Source of the DNA: Candidatus Rokuibacteriota bacterium
GTDB taxonomy: Bacteria > Methylomirabilota > Methylomirabilia > Rokubacteriales > DASRDR01
NCBI GenBank assembly: GCA_044866005.1
Contig: JBIOTN010000060.1
Coordinates: 1-56,401 of the forward strand
Direction of reading: 5' to 3'
Length of the DNA stretch: 56,401 bases
Shown: piece after piece, positions 43,198 through 56,401 of the stretch
Layout of the letters: every line of letters begins with the position of its first letter
Position numbering within the stretch: position 1 is the stretch's first letter
Notes under the pieces: model-generated
Databases searched by the model: none
Told to the model about the DNA's origin: nothing
Seen by the model: only the letters and a program-made list of their open reading frames with translations
Made by a program: the position numbers and the translations under genes

Positions 43198-43206
43198 ATC
43201 ATAACA
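43198..43206 (-). promoter_or_regulatory. Candidate extended -10 promoter of ku
   Basis: Minus strand TG-T-TATGAT in the intergenic region about 105 nt upstream of ku. Confidence 0.5.
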
Positions 43207-43289
43207 ACCGCCCCCCGGCGCCGCAAATTCGGTCCGCCCCCCGCCGGCGGCCGCGGTGGCCGGACCGGGGCCCCACAGCCGGGGGGCGG

Positions 43290-43748
43290 TCACGCGTCCG
43301 CGCGGCCGGCGGTGCGCGGGGGCGCCGCGACGGCCGAGGCGACCCGCGGCACGACGAAGCCGAAGACGATCGCGACCAGGAGGTACATCATCGTCCAGTA
43401 GGCCGACCCGGCCTGGCCGCGCACGGCCCGCCCGGAGGCGGCGAGGCCGCCCACCGCCAGCGCGTTGAGCGTGGCCGCGGCGAGCGTGAGCCGGACCGGC
43501 AGGGGGACCGCACGGCGCATCCGGAGGAAGCCCGCGACGCCGCGGAGCCCGGCCGCCGTGATCCGCCGGGCCACCAGCCAGAACCCGCCGACGGCGCCCG
43601 CGTGGAGGAGCCACGCCCAGGGCGGCACCGGGGCCACGTCGAGTCCGGCGACGACGCCGAGGTGGAGTGCCAGGCTCAGGACGAAGCCGACGACCGCGCC
43701 CGTGAGGATCAGCCGGTCGGCCGAGGCCCAGGGCCGGGACACCGTCAC
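43290..43748 (-). CDS. Hypothetical membrane protein (about 4 TM)
   Basis: Four hydrophobic segments; GTG overlaps the upstream stop (GTGA). Confidence 0.6.
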   Translation of the reverse strand: MTVSRPWASADRLILTGAVVGFVLSLALHLGVVAGLDVAPVPPWAWLLHAGAVGGFWLVARRITAAGLRGVAGFLRMRRAVPLPVRLTLAAATLNALAVGGLAASGRAVRGQAGSAYWTMMYLLVAIVFGFVVPRVASAVAAPPRTAGRADA

Positions 43749-44086
43749 ACCCGGGGAGGCGTCGGCGGCGGGAGCGGCCACGGGAGCGCGTCGCTCCAGC
43801 CGTCCAGGGGGTCGCGCGGCTTCCGGTCCGGGCTCGCCAGGGGCGGCGCCGAATACGGGACCGGGTCGCGCGGCGCCCGGTGGATCGGCTCGGGGCGGAG
43901 GACGTTCCGGAGCACGTGGAAACGGTTCATCAACTCGCCCATGAAGCGCCCGTTCCGGTGGTAGACGTCGGTGCCCTCCACCCAGCCGACGTAGCGGCCG
44001 TACCGGTCGTAGATATCGTCGCCGGCCAGGAAGCCCCAGTAGCTCCCGTCCCAGCGGAACAGCGGACTCGAGGGGGGGGCGGCCAC
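43745..44086 (-). CDS. Small hypothetical protein with short beta-hairpin repeats (beta-flower-like)
   Basis: LFRWDGSYWGF / IYDRYGRYVGW / VYHRNGRFMGE repeats, then a Pro-rich tail. 3' end of track ORF 43745..45118. Confidence 0.7.
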   Translation of the reverse strand: MAAPPSSPLFRWDGSYWGFLAGDDIYDRYGRYVGWVEGTDVYHRNGRFMGELMNRFHVLRNVLRPEPIHRAPRDPVPYSAPPLASPDRKPRDPLDGWSDALPWPLPPPTPPRV

Positions 44087-44103
44087 GCGCGAGGCCTGGG
44101 CGG

Positions 44104-45690
<1,587 letters not shown>

Positions 45691-45745
45691 CGGGCGCCTC
45701 CGGATCGGTGCTCGGCTCCGGGTCCGGGCACGGGACCGGACCGCC

Positions 45746-46372
45746 TCACGAGTCGTCCCGGATGCGCACCCGCCGCCCGACGACGTCGAGCCGCCCTTCG
45801 GCGTAGAGCCGGATCGCCTCGGGATAGAGCCGGTGCTCTTCGACCAGGATGCGGGCCGCGAGGGTCTCCTCGGTGTCGTCATCGCGCACCGGCACCGCGG
45901 CCTGGCAGACGATGGGCCCCGTGTCCAGGCCCTCGTCCACGAAATGGACCGTGACGCCGGAGACCTTCACGCCGTGCTCGACGGCCTGGCGCTGGGCATG
46001 GAGGCCGGGGAACGCCGGGAGGAGCGCGGGGTGCACGTTCAGGATGCGTCCGCGGTAGGCGGCGATGAACGCGGGAGAGAGCAGGCGCATGTACCCGGCG
46101 AGGCAGACCAGCTCGACGCCGTGCTCGGCGAGGACCGCCGCGACCGCGCGGTCGTACGCGACGCGGTCGGGACAGGCGTGGGGATCGAGGTGCACGGCCT
46201 TGACGCCGGCCGTCCGGGCGCGGTCCAGGGCGCGGGCCCCGGGCCGATCGCTCACCACCACGGCCACGCGGGCGGGGCAGCGCCCCGCCTCGATGGCGTC
46301 CAGGATGGCCTGCAGGTTGGAGCCCCGGCCGGAGGCCAGAACCCCGAGCCCGAGCGGGACCGCGCGCATCAC
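45746..46372 (-). CDS. purN: Phosphoribosylglycinamide formyltransferase
   Basis: SGRGSNLQA, LAGYMR, NVHPALLP and GVTVHFV..GLDTGPI motifs. Confidence 0.97.
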   Translation of the reverse strand: MMRAVPLGLGVLASGRGSNLQAILDAIEAGRCPARVAVVVSDRPGARALDRARTAGVKAVHLDPHACPDRVAYDRAVAAVLAEHGVELVCLAGYMRLLSPAFIAAYRGRILNVHPALLPAFPGLHAQRQAVEHGVKVSGVTVHFVDEGLDTGPIVCQAAVPVRDDDTEETLAARILVEEHRLYPEAIRLYAEGRLDVVGRRVRIRDDS

Positions 46373-46395
46373 GGCGCCTATTCTAGCAGGCGGTC

Positions 46396-46455
46396 TCAGC
46401 CCACCACCCGGTCCGCCCCGTGTTCGGCCAGCGCGCGGCTGTACTTGCGAAGCAT
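46396..46455 (-). CDS. Possible 19-aa small ORF
   Basis: MLRKYSRALAEHGADRVVG*, preceded by a GGGAGGAGG SD 6 nt upstream. Confidence 0.35.
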   Translation of the reverse strand: MLRKYSRALAEHGADRVVG

Positions 46456-46489
46456 GGCTGGCCTCCTCCCGGGCGCCTCGGCGCCAGCG

Positions 46490-47578
46490 CTAGGCCAAGG
46501 TGACGCCCCGCGGCCCGCGCGCGATCTCCCCGATCGCCCAGCTCGCCACCCCCCGCGCCTCGAGGGCCTTGCGGGCCCGGGTCACGACCGAGGGCGGCAG
46601 GACCAGGACGAAGCCGATCCCCATGTTGAAGACCCGGAACATCTCCGCGTCGGCGATGCGCCCGCCCTTGCGGAGGACGTCGAAGATCGGCGGCACGGGC
46701 CACGTGCCGCGTCGGATCACGGCCCGACTCCCCGGTGGCAGCACACGCGGCACGTTGCCCGTCAGCCCGCCGCCCGTGATGTGCGCCATGGCGTGCACGG
46801 GGACGCCGGCCCGCAGGAGCGCGAGCACGGGGCGGACGTAGATGCGGGTGGGCGTGAGGAGGACCTCCCCGAGCGGCTGCCCGAGTTCGGGAAGGCGGTC
46901 CGCCACCCGATAGCCCAGTCGCTCGAAGACGACCTTGCGGGCCAGCGAGTATCCGTTCGAGTGGAGTCCCGTCGAGGCGAGCCCGAGGACCACGTCTCCC
47001 GGCCGCACGGCCCGGCCGTCGATCAGCTTCCGGCGCTCGACCAGCCCGACCGCGAACCCGGCCAGGTCGTACTCGCCCGGGGCGTACAGGTCGGGCAGCT
47101 CCGCCGTTTCTCCGCCGATGAGCGCGCAGCCGGCCTCGCGGCAGCCGGCCGCCACCCCGCGGACCAGCGCCTCGACGACGGTGGGGTCCAGGCGACCGAT
47201 CCCGATGTAGTCGAGGAAGAAGAGCGACTCCGCGCCGTGGACCAGGAGGTCGTTCACGCTCATGGCCACGCAGTCGATCCCGACGGTGTCGTGGCGCCCG
47301 GTGAGGCAGGCGATCTTGACCTTGGAGCCGACGCCGTCGGCGGAGGCGGCGAAGACCGGGTCGCGGTGCCGCGAGGGAAGCCGGAAGAAGCCGGCGAAGG
47401 CCCCGATGTCGCCCAGGACCTCCGGCCGATAGGTCCGGCGGGCGAGCGGCGCCAGCCGGCGGACGGCCTCGTCGCCGGCGTGGATGTCCACGCCCGAGGC
47501 CCGGTAGGTGAGCCGAGCGGCGCGCGGGCCGCGGCCGGCTCGAGGCGCCCTCGCGGTGGGGCGCGGGCGCAGGCTCAC
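46490..47578 (-). CDS. purM: Phosphoribosylformylglycinamidine cyclo-ligase (AIR synthetase)
   Basis: [35 protein letters not shown] and FNMGIG motifs. GTG overlaps the purF stop. Confidence 0.96.
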   Translation of the reverse strand: MSLRPRPTARAPRAGRGPRAARLTYRASGVDIHAGDEAVRRLAPLARRTYRPEVLGDIGAFAGFFRLPSRHRDPVFAASADGVGSKVKIACLTGRHDTVGIDCVAMSVNDLLVHGAESLFFLDYIGIGRLDPTVVEALVRGVAAGCREAGCALIGGETAELPDLYAPGEYDLAGFAVGLVERRKLIDGRAVRPGDVVLGLASTGLHSNGYSLARKVVFERLGYRVADRLPELGQPLGEVLLTPTRIYVRPVLALLRAGVPVHAMAHITGGGLTGNVPRVLPPGSRAVIRRGTWPVPPIFDVLRKGGRIADAEMFRVFNMGIGFVLVLPPSVVTRARKALEARGVASWAIGEIARGPRGVTLA

Positions 47579-49005
47579 TGGCCGTCGAACAGGGCGAGCT
47601 GCGCCGTATTCTCCTGGGGGAACCCGACCTCGTACCGGCCGGTGAAGCAGGCGTGGCAGAAGCGTCCCTCGTCCCCCCCCACCGCCTTGAGCATCCCCTC
47701 GAGCGAGAGGTAGCCGAGCGAGTCCGCGTCGAGGTAGCGCCGGATCTCCTCGACCCGGTGGCTCGACCCGATGAGCTCCTTCCGCGTGGGCGTGTCGATC
47801 CCGTAGTAGCAGGGCCATTGGATCGGCGGCGAGGAGATCCGCACGTGAACCTCGCGGGCGCCCGCCGAGCGGATCATCTTCACGATTTTGCGGCTCGTCG
47901 TCCCCCGGACGATGGAGTCGTCCACGACCACGACCCGCCGTCCCTCGAGCGTTTCCCGCATCGGGTTGAGCTTCACGCGCACGCCGAAGTGGCGGATGCC
48001 CTGGCGGGGCTCGATGAAGGTCCGGCCCACGTAGTGATTGCGGATCAGGCCGAGCTCGAAGGGGATGCCGGAGCGCTCCGCGAAGCCGAGCGCCGCGCCA
48101 AGCCCCGAGTCGGGCACGGGGACGACGACGTCGGCCTCGGCGGGGTGCTCCTCGGCCAGCCGGTGGCCGAGCACTTTCCGCACGCGGTAGACGCTCTGGC
48201 CCCACAGGGTGGAATCCGGCCGCGCGAAGTAGATGTACTCGAAGACGCACTGGAGCTGGCGCCGCGGGGGAAAGGCCTTGAGCGACCGGGGGCCCTCCCG
48301 GTCGATCAGCACCATCTCGCCCGGCTCCACGTCGCGGACGAACTCGGCCTCCAGGAGGTCGAGCGCGCAGGTCTCCGACGCCAGGAGCCAGCTCTCGCCG
48401 AGCCGGCCCAGCACCAGCGGCCGGAAGCCGTGCGGGTCGCGACACCCGATCAGCGCGTCGCGGGTGAGCACGAGGAGGGTGTACGCGCCGGTCACCTGGG
48501 AGAGCGCCTGCATCAGCGCGCGCTCCAGCGGCAGCTTCTCGGCGCGGGCCAGGAGGTGGAGGATCACCTCGGAGTCGGACGTGGACTGGAAGATCGCCCC
48601 CGCGGCCTGCAGCTCCCCGCGCAGGGCCTCCGCGTTCACGAGGTTCCCGTTGTGGGCGAGGGCGACCGGCCCGCGGGCGAAGCTCGCCGTGATCGGCTGG
48701 GCGTTCCGGAGGCTCGACGATCCGGCGGTCGAGTACCGCACGTGTCCGACCGCCACCCGTCCGGGCAGGCGCTTGAGCCGCTCCGGCGAGAAGACGTCGG
48801 CGACCCAGCCCATTCCCCGCTCGACGTGGAAGGCCGTGCCGTCGGTCGCGGCGATGCCGGCCGACTCCTGGCCGCGGTGCTGGAGCGCGTAGAGGCCGAG
48901 ATAGGCGAGATTCGCCGCCTCGGGATGGTTGAACACGCCGAAGACCCCGCACTCGTCGTGGAAGTGGTCGTCGGTCGCCAGGGCGGCCAGCTGGCGCTCG
49001 CTCAT
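47575..49005 (-). CDS. purF: Amidophosphoribosyltransferase
   Basis: Propeptide then ECGVFG; LQHRGQE, GHVRYST, VPVPDSG and [11 protein letters not shown] motifs; Fe-S cysteines. Confidence 0.97.
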   Translation of the reverse strand: MSERQLAALATDDHFHDECGVFGVFNHPEAANLAYLGLYALQHRGQESAGIAATDGTAFHVERGMGWVADVFSPERLKRLPGRVAVGHVRYSTAGSSSLRNAQPITASFARGPVALAHNGNLVNAEALRGELQAAGAIFQSTSDSEVILHLLARAEKLPLERALMQALSQVTGAYTLLVLTRDALIGCRDPHGFRPLVLGRLGESWLLASETCALDLLEAEFVRDVEPGEMVLIDREGPRSLKAFPPRRQLQCVFEYIYFARPDSTLWGQSVYRVRKVLGHRLAEEHPAEADVVVPVPDSGLGAALGFAERSGIPFELGLIRNHYVGRTFIEPRQGIRHFGVRVKLNPMRETLEGRRVVVVDDSIVRGTTSRKIVKMIRSAGAREVHVRISSPPIQWPCYYGIDTPTRKELIGSSHRVEEIRRYLDADSLGYLSLEGMLKAVGGDEGRFCHACFTGRYEVGFPQENTAQLALFDGQ

Positions 49006-49054
49006 GGGCCCAACCTGCGCTCGGAATGCCGCGCCAGACGTGGCCCGCAGCCGC

Positions 49055-51319
<2,265 letters not shown>

Positions 51320-51337
51320 CCCCCCACCGCCCGCGCC

Positions 51338-52051
51338 TCAGCGACCGAGCGCGGTCCCGTCTTCGACCAGGCTCCCGACGAGAGAGTGGAAGAGCAGGAG
51401 GCCGTCAGTGCTCCCGACACTCGGCTCCGCTGCCCGCTCGGGATGGGGCATCAGGCCGACGACCGTACCCTCTTCGTTGCAGACGCCGGCGATGTTCCAG
51501 ACCGAGCCGTTCGGGTTCGCCGCGGGCGTCACCTCGCCCGTCTCGGTGGCGTACCGGAACACGATCTGGTTCCGCTCGCGGAGCGTCCGGAGCAGGGCGG
51601 GGTCGACGTGATAGCGGCCCTCGCCGTGCGCGATCGGCATCTTGAGCACCTGGCCGCGCCGGAGCCCGCGGGTGAGCGGCGTCTCGGTCTGCTCGACCAG
51701 CAGCTGGGTGCTCTGACAGCGGAACTGCAGGCACTCGTTGCGCAGCAAGGTTCCGGGCAGGAGGCCCGCCTCGCAGAGGATCTGAAAGCCGTTACAGCTC
51801 CCCACGACGAGGCCGCCCCGCGCCACGAAGTCGGGGAGGGCCGACACGACGGGCGAGCGCCCGGCGATCGCCCCAGCCCGGAGATAGTCGCCGTAGGAGA
51901 AGCCGCCCGGCAGGATCAGGCAGTCGTAGCGGGAGAGATCGGTGTCCCGGTGCCACAGGTACTCGACCGGCTGGTGGAGAACCTCGGAGATGACATGGTG
52001 GAAATCCATGTCGCTCCACGTGCCCGGAAAGATGACGACCCCGAATCTCAT
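51338..52051 (-). CDS. purQ: FGAM synthase glutaminase subunit
   Basis: PGGFSYGDYLRAG, CNGFQIL, AHGEG and GLMPHPER motifs. Confidence 0.97.
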   Translation of the reverse strand: MRFGVVIFPGTWSDMDFHHVISEVLHQPVEYLWHRDTDLSRYDCLILPGGFSYGDYLRAGAIAGRSPVVSALPDFVARGGLVVGSCNGFQILCEAGLLPGTLLRNECLQFRCQSTQLLVEQTETPLTRGLRRGQVLKMPIAHGEGRYHVDPALLRTLRERNQIVFRYATETGEVTPAANPNGSVWNIAGVCNEEGTVVGLMPHPERAAEPSVGSTDGLLLFHSLVGSLVEDGTALGR

Positions 52052-52111
52052 GAAGCCTCCTCCCCACAGGGTGTGCGCGCTATCGCCTCCTTCGCTCTCG
52101 CCCCGCGGCTG

Positions 52112-52140
52112 ATTCTACTACGTGCCGGTCCCGGACACAA
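52112..52140 (-). promoter_or_regulatory. Candidate sigma-70 promoter upstream of purQ
   Basis: Minus strand TTGTGT-17 nt-TAGAAT. Confidence 0.6.
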
Positions 52141-52258
52141 GCCGACCGGCCGGCCGATCGGGCTAGAGCGCGAAGCCCATGCGGGCCGTCGAGGCCATCA
52201 GCGCGGCCGGCAGCACGGGGGGCACGAGGCGGAGCTTCCGCATGCTGGCGCGCCAGCG

Positions 52259-52519
52259 TCATCCGCCGGTGCCGGGCCCCTCCTCGATGTGGCAGGCGTA
52301 CTCCTCGACGACGGGGTTCGCGAGCAGGCGCCGGCACATCTCCTCGCACCGTGCCTTCGCGCGCACGCGGTCCGTCTCGTCGAGCGTCAGCTCGAGGATC
52401 CTGCCGACCCGAAGGTCCCGCACCTCCGGGAAGCCGAGACCTTCCAGGGCCTTCCGGATCGTCGCCCCCTGCGGGTCCAGGACGCCCGACCGAAGCCTCA
52501 CGAAGATTCGCGCCTTCAT
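52259..52519 (-). CDS. purS: FGAM synthase subunit PurS
   Basis: VLDPQG...VRDLRVGR...LLANPVVE. Confidence 0.95.
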   Translation of the reverse strand: MKARIFVRLRSGVLDPQGATIRKALEGLGFPEVRDLRVGRILELTLDETDRVRAKARCEEMCRRLLANPVVEEYACHIEEGPGTGG

Positions 52520-52544
52520 CTGCCTCTCGCGCGCCCGCTCCGAG

Positions 52545-53837
52545 CTAGAGGCCGAGGCGACGAAAGACGGCGTCGACGTGCCGGAGGTACCAGGCCGGGT
52601 CGAAGCAGGCCTTCAGCGCCTCCGGCCCGAGCCGGCCGGTCACGTCGGGGTCCTCCTCCAGACATTCCAGGAAGGGCCGCCGCTCGCGCCAGGCGCGCAT
52701 GGCAGCCCGCTGGACCAGCTCGTACGCCGCCTGCCGCGGCAGGCCGGCCTCGGTGAGGGCGAGCAGCACGCGCTGCGAGTAGATGAGCCCGTAGGAGCGT
52801 TCCAGGTTCTCGCGCATGCGCTCGGGCGCCACGACCAGGTCGTCCAGGATCCGCACCATCTGACCCAGCATGTAGTCGAGCAGGATCGTCGAGTCGGGCA
52901 GGATGACGCGCTCGACCGAGGAATGGCTGATGTCCCGCTCGTGCCAGAGCGCGATGTTCTCCAGCGCCGCGCCGGCATGGGCGCGCAGCAGCCGGGCGAG
53001 CCCGGTCACCTGCTCGCAGCCGACGGGGTTGCGCTTGTGCGGCATGGCGGAAGAGCCCTTCTGGCCCTCGGCGAACGGCTCCTCGAGCTCGAGGATCTCG
53101 GTGCGCTGCAGGCTCCGGATCTCGGTGGCGATCTTCTCGAGACTGCCGCCGATGATCGCGCACGTCGCCACGAACTCCGCGTGGCGGTCCCGCTGGACGA
53201 TCTGGGTCGAGATCGGCGCCGGCTCGAGCCCCAGGGCGTGGCAGACCTCCGCCTCGACTTCGGGCGGCACGTGGGCGAAGGTCCCGACGGCGCCCGAGAT
53301 CTTCCCGACGCGGACCCCCTCGCGGGCGCGGACCAGTCGCTCCCGGTTGCGCCCGGCCTCGGCATACCAGACCGCCGCCTTGAGCCCGAAGGTCGTCGGC
53401 TCGGCGTGGACGCCGTGGGTCCGGCCGACCATGAGCGTGTCGCGGTGACGGAGCGCCAGCCGGCGGAGGGCGTCGGCCAGGCCATCCAGCCGCGCCAGCA
53501 GCCGATCGGCGGCCTCCACGAGCTGCAGGGCCAGCGCGGTGTCCACGACGTCCGACGAGGTGAGGCCGACGTGGACGAAGCGCGAGTCCTCGCCGATCGC
53601 CTCCTCGAGGTTCGTCAGGAACGCGATGACGTCGTGCCGGACGCGGGCCTCGATCTCCTCGATGCGGCGCGCGTCCACCCGCGCCCGGGTCCGGATGCGG
53701 GCGACGGCGTCGGCCGGGACCATGCCGCGCCGCGCGTACGCCTCGCAGACCGCCAGCTCCACGGCGAGCCACCTGGCATACTTCGCCTCCTCGCTCCAGA
53801 CCGCGCCCATCTCGGGCCGGGTGTAGCGCCGGATCAT
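52545..53837 (-). CDS. purB: Adenylosuccinate lyase
   Basis: MIRRYTRPEM, RHDVIAF, GRTHG, GSSAMPHKRNP and WHERDISHSS motifs. Confidence 0.97.
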   Translation of the reverse strand: MIRRYTRPEMGAVWSEEAKYARWLAVELAVCEAYARRGMVPADAVARIRTRARVDARRIEEIEARVRHDVIAFLTNLEEAIGEDSRFVHVGLTSSDVVDTALALQLVEAADRLLARLDGLADALRRLALRHRDTLMVGRTHGVHAEPTTFGLKAAVWYAEAGRNRERLVRAREGVRVGKISGAVGTFAHVPPEVEAEVCHALGLEPAPISTQIVQRDRHAEFVATCAIIGGSLEKIATEIRSLQRTEILELEEPFAEGQKGSSAMPHKRNPVGCEQVTGLARLLRAHAGAALENIALWHERDISHSSVERVILPDSTILLDYMLGQMVRILDDLVVAPERMRENLERSYGLIYSQRVLLALTEAGLPRQAAYELVQRAAMRAWRERRPFLECLEEDPDVTGRLGPEALKACFDPAWYLRHVDAVFRRLGL

Positions 53838-53839
53838 GG

Positions 53840-55117
53840 TCAGATGTCGAGGCCGGACGGCAGGGTGCTCGGCCCCGCAGGGCCCAGCGCGACGAGCGAG
53901 AGCGGTATGCCGGCGAGGAGCTGCGCGATCACGCCTTCCACGTCGGCCGCGCTGACCGAGTCGACGGCGTTCAGGATCTGGTCGAGGGTGAAGTAGTGGC
54001 CGAAGTAGAGCTCCTGCTTGGCGATCCGGGTCATCCGACTCGGCGTGGACTCGAGCGAGAGCATGAGACTGCCCTTGAGGTGTTCCTTGGCGCGAGCCAG
54101 CTCGTCGGCCGTGACGCCCTCCCGCTTGAGCTTGCGGAGCTCCTCCAGCACGAGCGCCAGCACCTTCGGGAAGTGCGCGGGCTCGGTGCCGGCGTAGATG
54201 TAGAAGAGTCCGCAGTCCCGGAAGGCGGCGTTGCCGGAGTAGATCGAGTAGACCAGCCCCTGGCGCTCGCGGACTTCCTGGAAGAGTCGGGAGGACATGC
54301 TGCCGCCCACGATCGTGTTCAGGAGATAGAGGACGTAGCGCTCGGGCGCGTCCTGCCGCAAGCCCCGGCCGCCCATGACGAAGTGGACCTGCTCCAGCGG
54401 CTTGTCGATCAGCTCGATGCGCGGGGTGATGCTGGGCGGCTCGCCGTCGCGTCCCTGGCAGTCCCGCTGGAACTCGAGGAACCGCTTGCCCAGGAGGTCG
54501 ACGAGCTGCTCGTGCTCGAGCCGACCGGCCGCCGCGATGGTGATCCGGGCCGGGCAGTACTCCTCGAGGAAGTGCGAGTGCAGCGTGGGGCGGTCGAGGC
54601 CGATGATGATCTTCTTGTCGCCGAGGATGGGCCGCCCGAGCGGGTGGCCCACCCAGACCCGCTCGGCGAACAGGTCGTGGATGAGGTCGTCCGGCGTGTC
54701 CTCCACCATCCGGAACTCCTGGAGGACCACCGTCTTCTCGCGCTCGATGTCCTCGGCGGCGAAGAGCGGGTGCAGGAGGATGTCCGACAGGAGGTCCGCG
54801 GCGAGCGGGAGGTGCTGGTCGAGCACCGTGACGTAGAAGCAGGTGTGCTCCTTCGTCGTGAAGGCGTCCATCTGGCCGCCGACCGAGTCGACGGCGCGGG
54901 CGATGTCCTCGGCGGTCCGGCTCTCGGTGCCCTTGAAGACGAGGTGCTCGATGAAGTGCGACACGCCGCTGCGGGGCAGCGGCTCGTGACGGCTCCCCGT
55001 GTCGACCCACACCCCGACGGCGACCGAGCGGACGTGGGGGATCCGCTCGCTGATGAGCCGGATCCCGTTCGGGAGCACGGTCTTCCGGTACTCGCCCTCC
55101 GCGGCGGAGCGGGTCAC
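53840..55117 (-). CDS. M16 (pitrilysin-family) zinc peptidase
   Basis: HFIEH (HxxEH), AFTTKEHT and SSRLFQEVRE..GLVY motifs; usual position after pnp. Confidence 0.93.
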   Translation of the reverse strand: MTRSAAEGEYRKTVLPNGIRLISERIPHVRSVAVGVWVDTGSRHEPLPRSGVSHFIEHLVFKGTESRTAEDIARAVDSVGGQMDAFTTKEHTCFYVTVLDQHLPLAADLLSDILLHPLFAAEDIEREKTVVLQEFRMVEDTPDDLIHDLFAERVWVGHPLGRPILGDKKIIIGLDRPTLHSHFLEEYCPARITIAAAGRLEHEQLVDLLGKRFLEFQRDCQGRDGEPPSITPRIELIDKPLEQVHFVMGGRGLRQDAPERYVLYLLNTIVGGSMSSRLFQEVRERQGLVYSIYSGNAAFRDCGLFYIYAGTEPAHFPKVLALVLEELRKLKREGVTADELARAKEHLKGSLMLSLESTPSRMTRIAKQELYFGHYFTLDQILNAVDSVSAADVEGVIAQLLAGIPLSLVALGPAGPSTLPSGLDI

Positions 55118-55139
55118 GGCGCGATGTCCGCGGTGCCGG

Positions 55140-56401
55140 TCAGCGTCGGTGCCCCCGGCCGCGGTCGCGGTCCCCGCGATCGCGATCCCGGTCGCCGCGG
55201 TCGCGGTCGGGACGCGGCCCGCGCCCGCCGTCCGACGGCGGTGGCCCCTCGCCGGGCCGCCCGGTGAGCTGCTCCTGGCCGATGCCGCCGGCCTCGGGGT
55301 CCTTCAGGGCGGCGCGCCGCGAGAGGCGGATCTTGCCGGAGGGGTCGACCTCGATGACCTTGACGAGTACCTGGTCGCCCTCGTTCAGGACGTCCTCCAC
55401 GCGCCGCGTCCGCTCTTCGGCGATCTGGGAGATGTGGAGGAGACCCTCGGTCCCCGGCATGATTTCGACGAACGCGCCGAAGTCGACCACCTTCTTGACC
55501 TTCCCCAGGTGCACGCGTCCGACCTCGGCCTCCTTGACGATGCCGTTGATCATGTCGACGGCGTGCTGGACCATCTGGGGGTCGGCGCCGAAGAGCATGA
55601 CGCGGCCGTCGTCCTCGATGTCCACCTTGACGCCGGTCTGCTCCTGGATCCCGCGGACCACCTTCCCGCCCGGGCCGATCACCTCGCGGATCTTCTCCGG
55701 CTTGATCTTGATCGTCACGAAGCGAGGGGCGTACGGGGAGAGCTCGGCGCGCGGCGCCGCGATGGCATCGCGCATCTTCGACAGGACGAACTGCCGCGCC
55801 TCGCGCGCCTGGCGGAGCGCCTCGGCCATGATCTCCCGCGACACGCCCGCGACCTTGATGTCCATCTGGAGCCCGGTGACGCCCTTCTCGGTCCCGGCGA
55901 CCTTGAAGTCCATGTCCCCGTAGTGGTCCTCGGTCCCCATGATGTCGGTCAGGATCGCGAACCGGTCACCCTCCTTGATCAGCCCCATCGCGATACCGGC
56001 CACGGCCGTCCGGATCGGGACGCCGGCGTCCATGAGCGCGAGGCTCGCGCCGCACACGGTGGCCATGGAGGAGGACCCGTTCGACTCGAGGATGTCCGAG
56101 ACGATGCGGATCGTGTAGGGAAACTCCTCCTTGGAGGGCAGGACCGGCTGGATGGAGCGCTCGGCGAGCGCCCCGTGACCGATCTCGCGCCGGCCCGGGC
56201 TGCCGAAGCGCCGGATCTCGCCGACACTGAACGAGGGGAAGTTGTAGTGGAGCATGAAGGGTTTGAAGGACTCCCCCTCCAGCGCCTCGATCTTCTGCTC
56301 GTCCGACTTGGTCCCGAGCGTCGCGGCGACCAGGGCCTGGGTCTCGCCGCGGGTGAACAGCGCGGAGCCGTGTGTCCGCGGCAGGAAGGAGACCTCGGCC
56401 G
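55140..56401 (-). CDS. pnp: Polyribonucleotide nucleotidyltransferase (partial; 5' end outside window)
   Basis: [30 protein letters not shown] and GDMDFKVAG motifs; KH (IGPGGK) and S1 (FGAFVE) domains. Confidence 0.97.
   Translation of the reverse strand, partial: AEVSFLPRTHGSALFTRGETQALVAATLGTKSDEQKIEALEGESFKPFMLHYNFPSFSVGEIRRFGSPGRREIGHGALAERSIQPVLPSKEEFPYTIRIVSDILESNGSSSMATVCGASLALMDAGVPIRTAVAGIAMGLIKEGDRFAILTDIMGTEDHYGDMDFKVAGTEKGVTGLQMDIKVAGVSREIMAEALRQAREARQFVLSKMRDAIAAPRAELSPYAPRFVTIKIKPEKIREVIGPGGKVVRGIQEQTGVKVDIEDDGRVMLFGADPQMVQHAVDMINGIVKEAEVGRVHLGKVKKVVDFGAFVEIMPGTEGLLHISQIAEERTRRVEDVLNEGDQVLVKVIEVDPSGKIRLSRRAALKDPEAGGIGQEQLTGRPGEGPPPSDGGRGPRPDRDRGDRDRDRGDRDRGRGHRR

Noticed and set aside
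52164..52243. 26-aa ORF MRKLRLVPPVLPAALMASTARMGFAL between purS and purQ
   Set aside because: No SD and no recognisable motif; could be chance or a remnant.

Overview
Very GC-rich bacterial DNA (by eye >70% GC), so most long ORFs in the six-frame track are antisense or shifted-frame shadows. From left to right: (1) a minus-strand operon encoding a heme-oxygenase-like diiron oxidase (PqqC/CADD/TenA fold), a benzoate-CoA-ligase-family enzyme and an MFS transporter. (2) A divergent CelD/BcsL-type GNAT and SAM methyltransferase pair. (3) Three secreted proteins (two SBBP beta-propeller proteins and a PQQ-type sugar dehydrogenase) sharing seven copies of one ~110-aa Ig-like domain. (4) Full-length Lhr helicase and an EamA transporter. 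(5) A 12-gene Pil-Chp-like chemosensory operon with an embedded Tat-exported solute-binding protein, a pseudo-receiver, a receiver-Roadblock fusion and a membrane-anchored Roadblock-like protein, preceded by a sigma-54 promoter, candidate enhancer sites and an NtrC-family activator gene. (6) thiI, an unannotated 47-aa basic ORF, an acyl-adenylate ligase, a GNAT-like protein, mobA and tsaC. (7) A purine biosynthesis cluster (purB-S-Q-L-F-M-N-H...D-E; no purC or purK) interrupted by a four-gene insert that includes Ku and an HTH-TPR protein. (8) An M16 peptidase and partial pnp. Non-coding signals are five well-placed sigma-54 motifs and three copies of a two-hairpin repeat whose stems differ in sequence but keep pairing. 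I saw no rRNA, tRNA, CRISPR array or transposase. All calls come from motif recognition by eye; no database searches were run.
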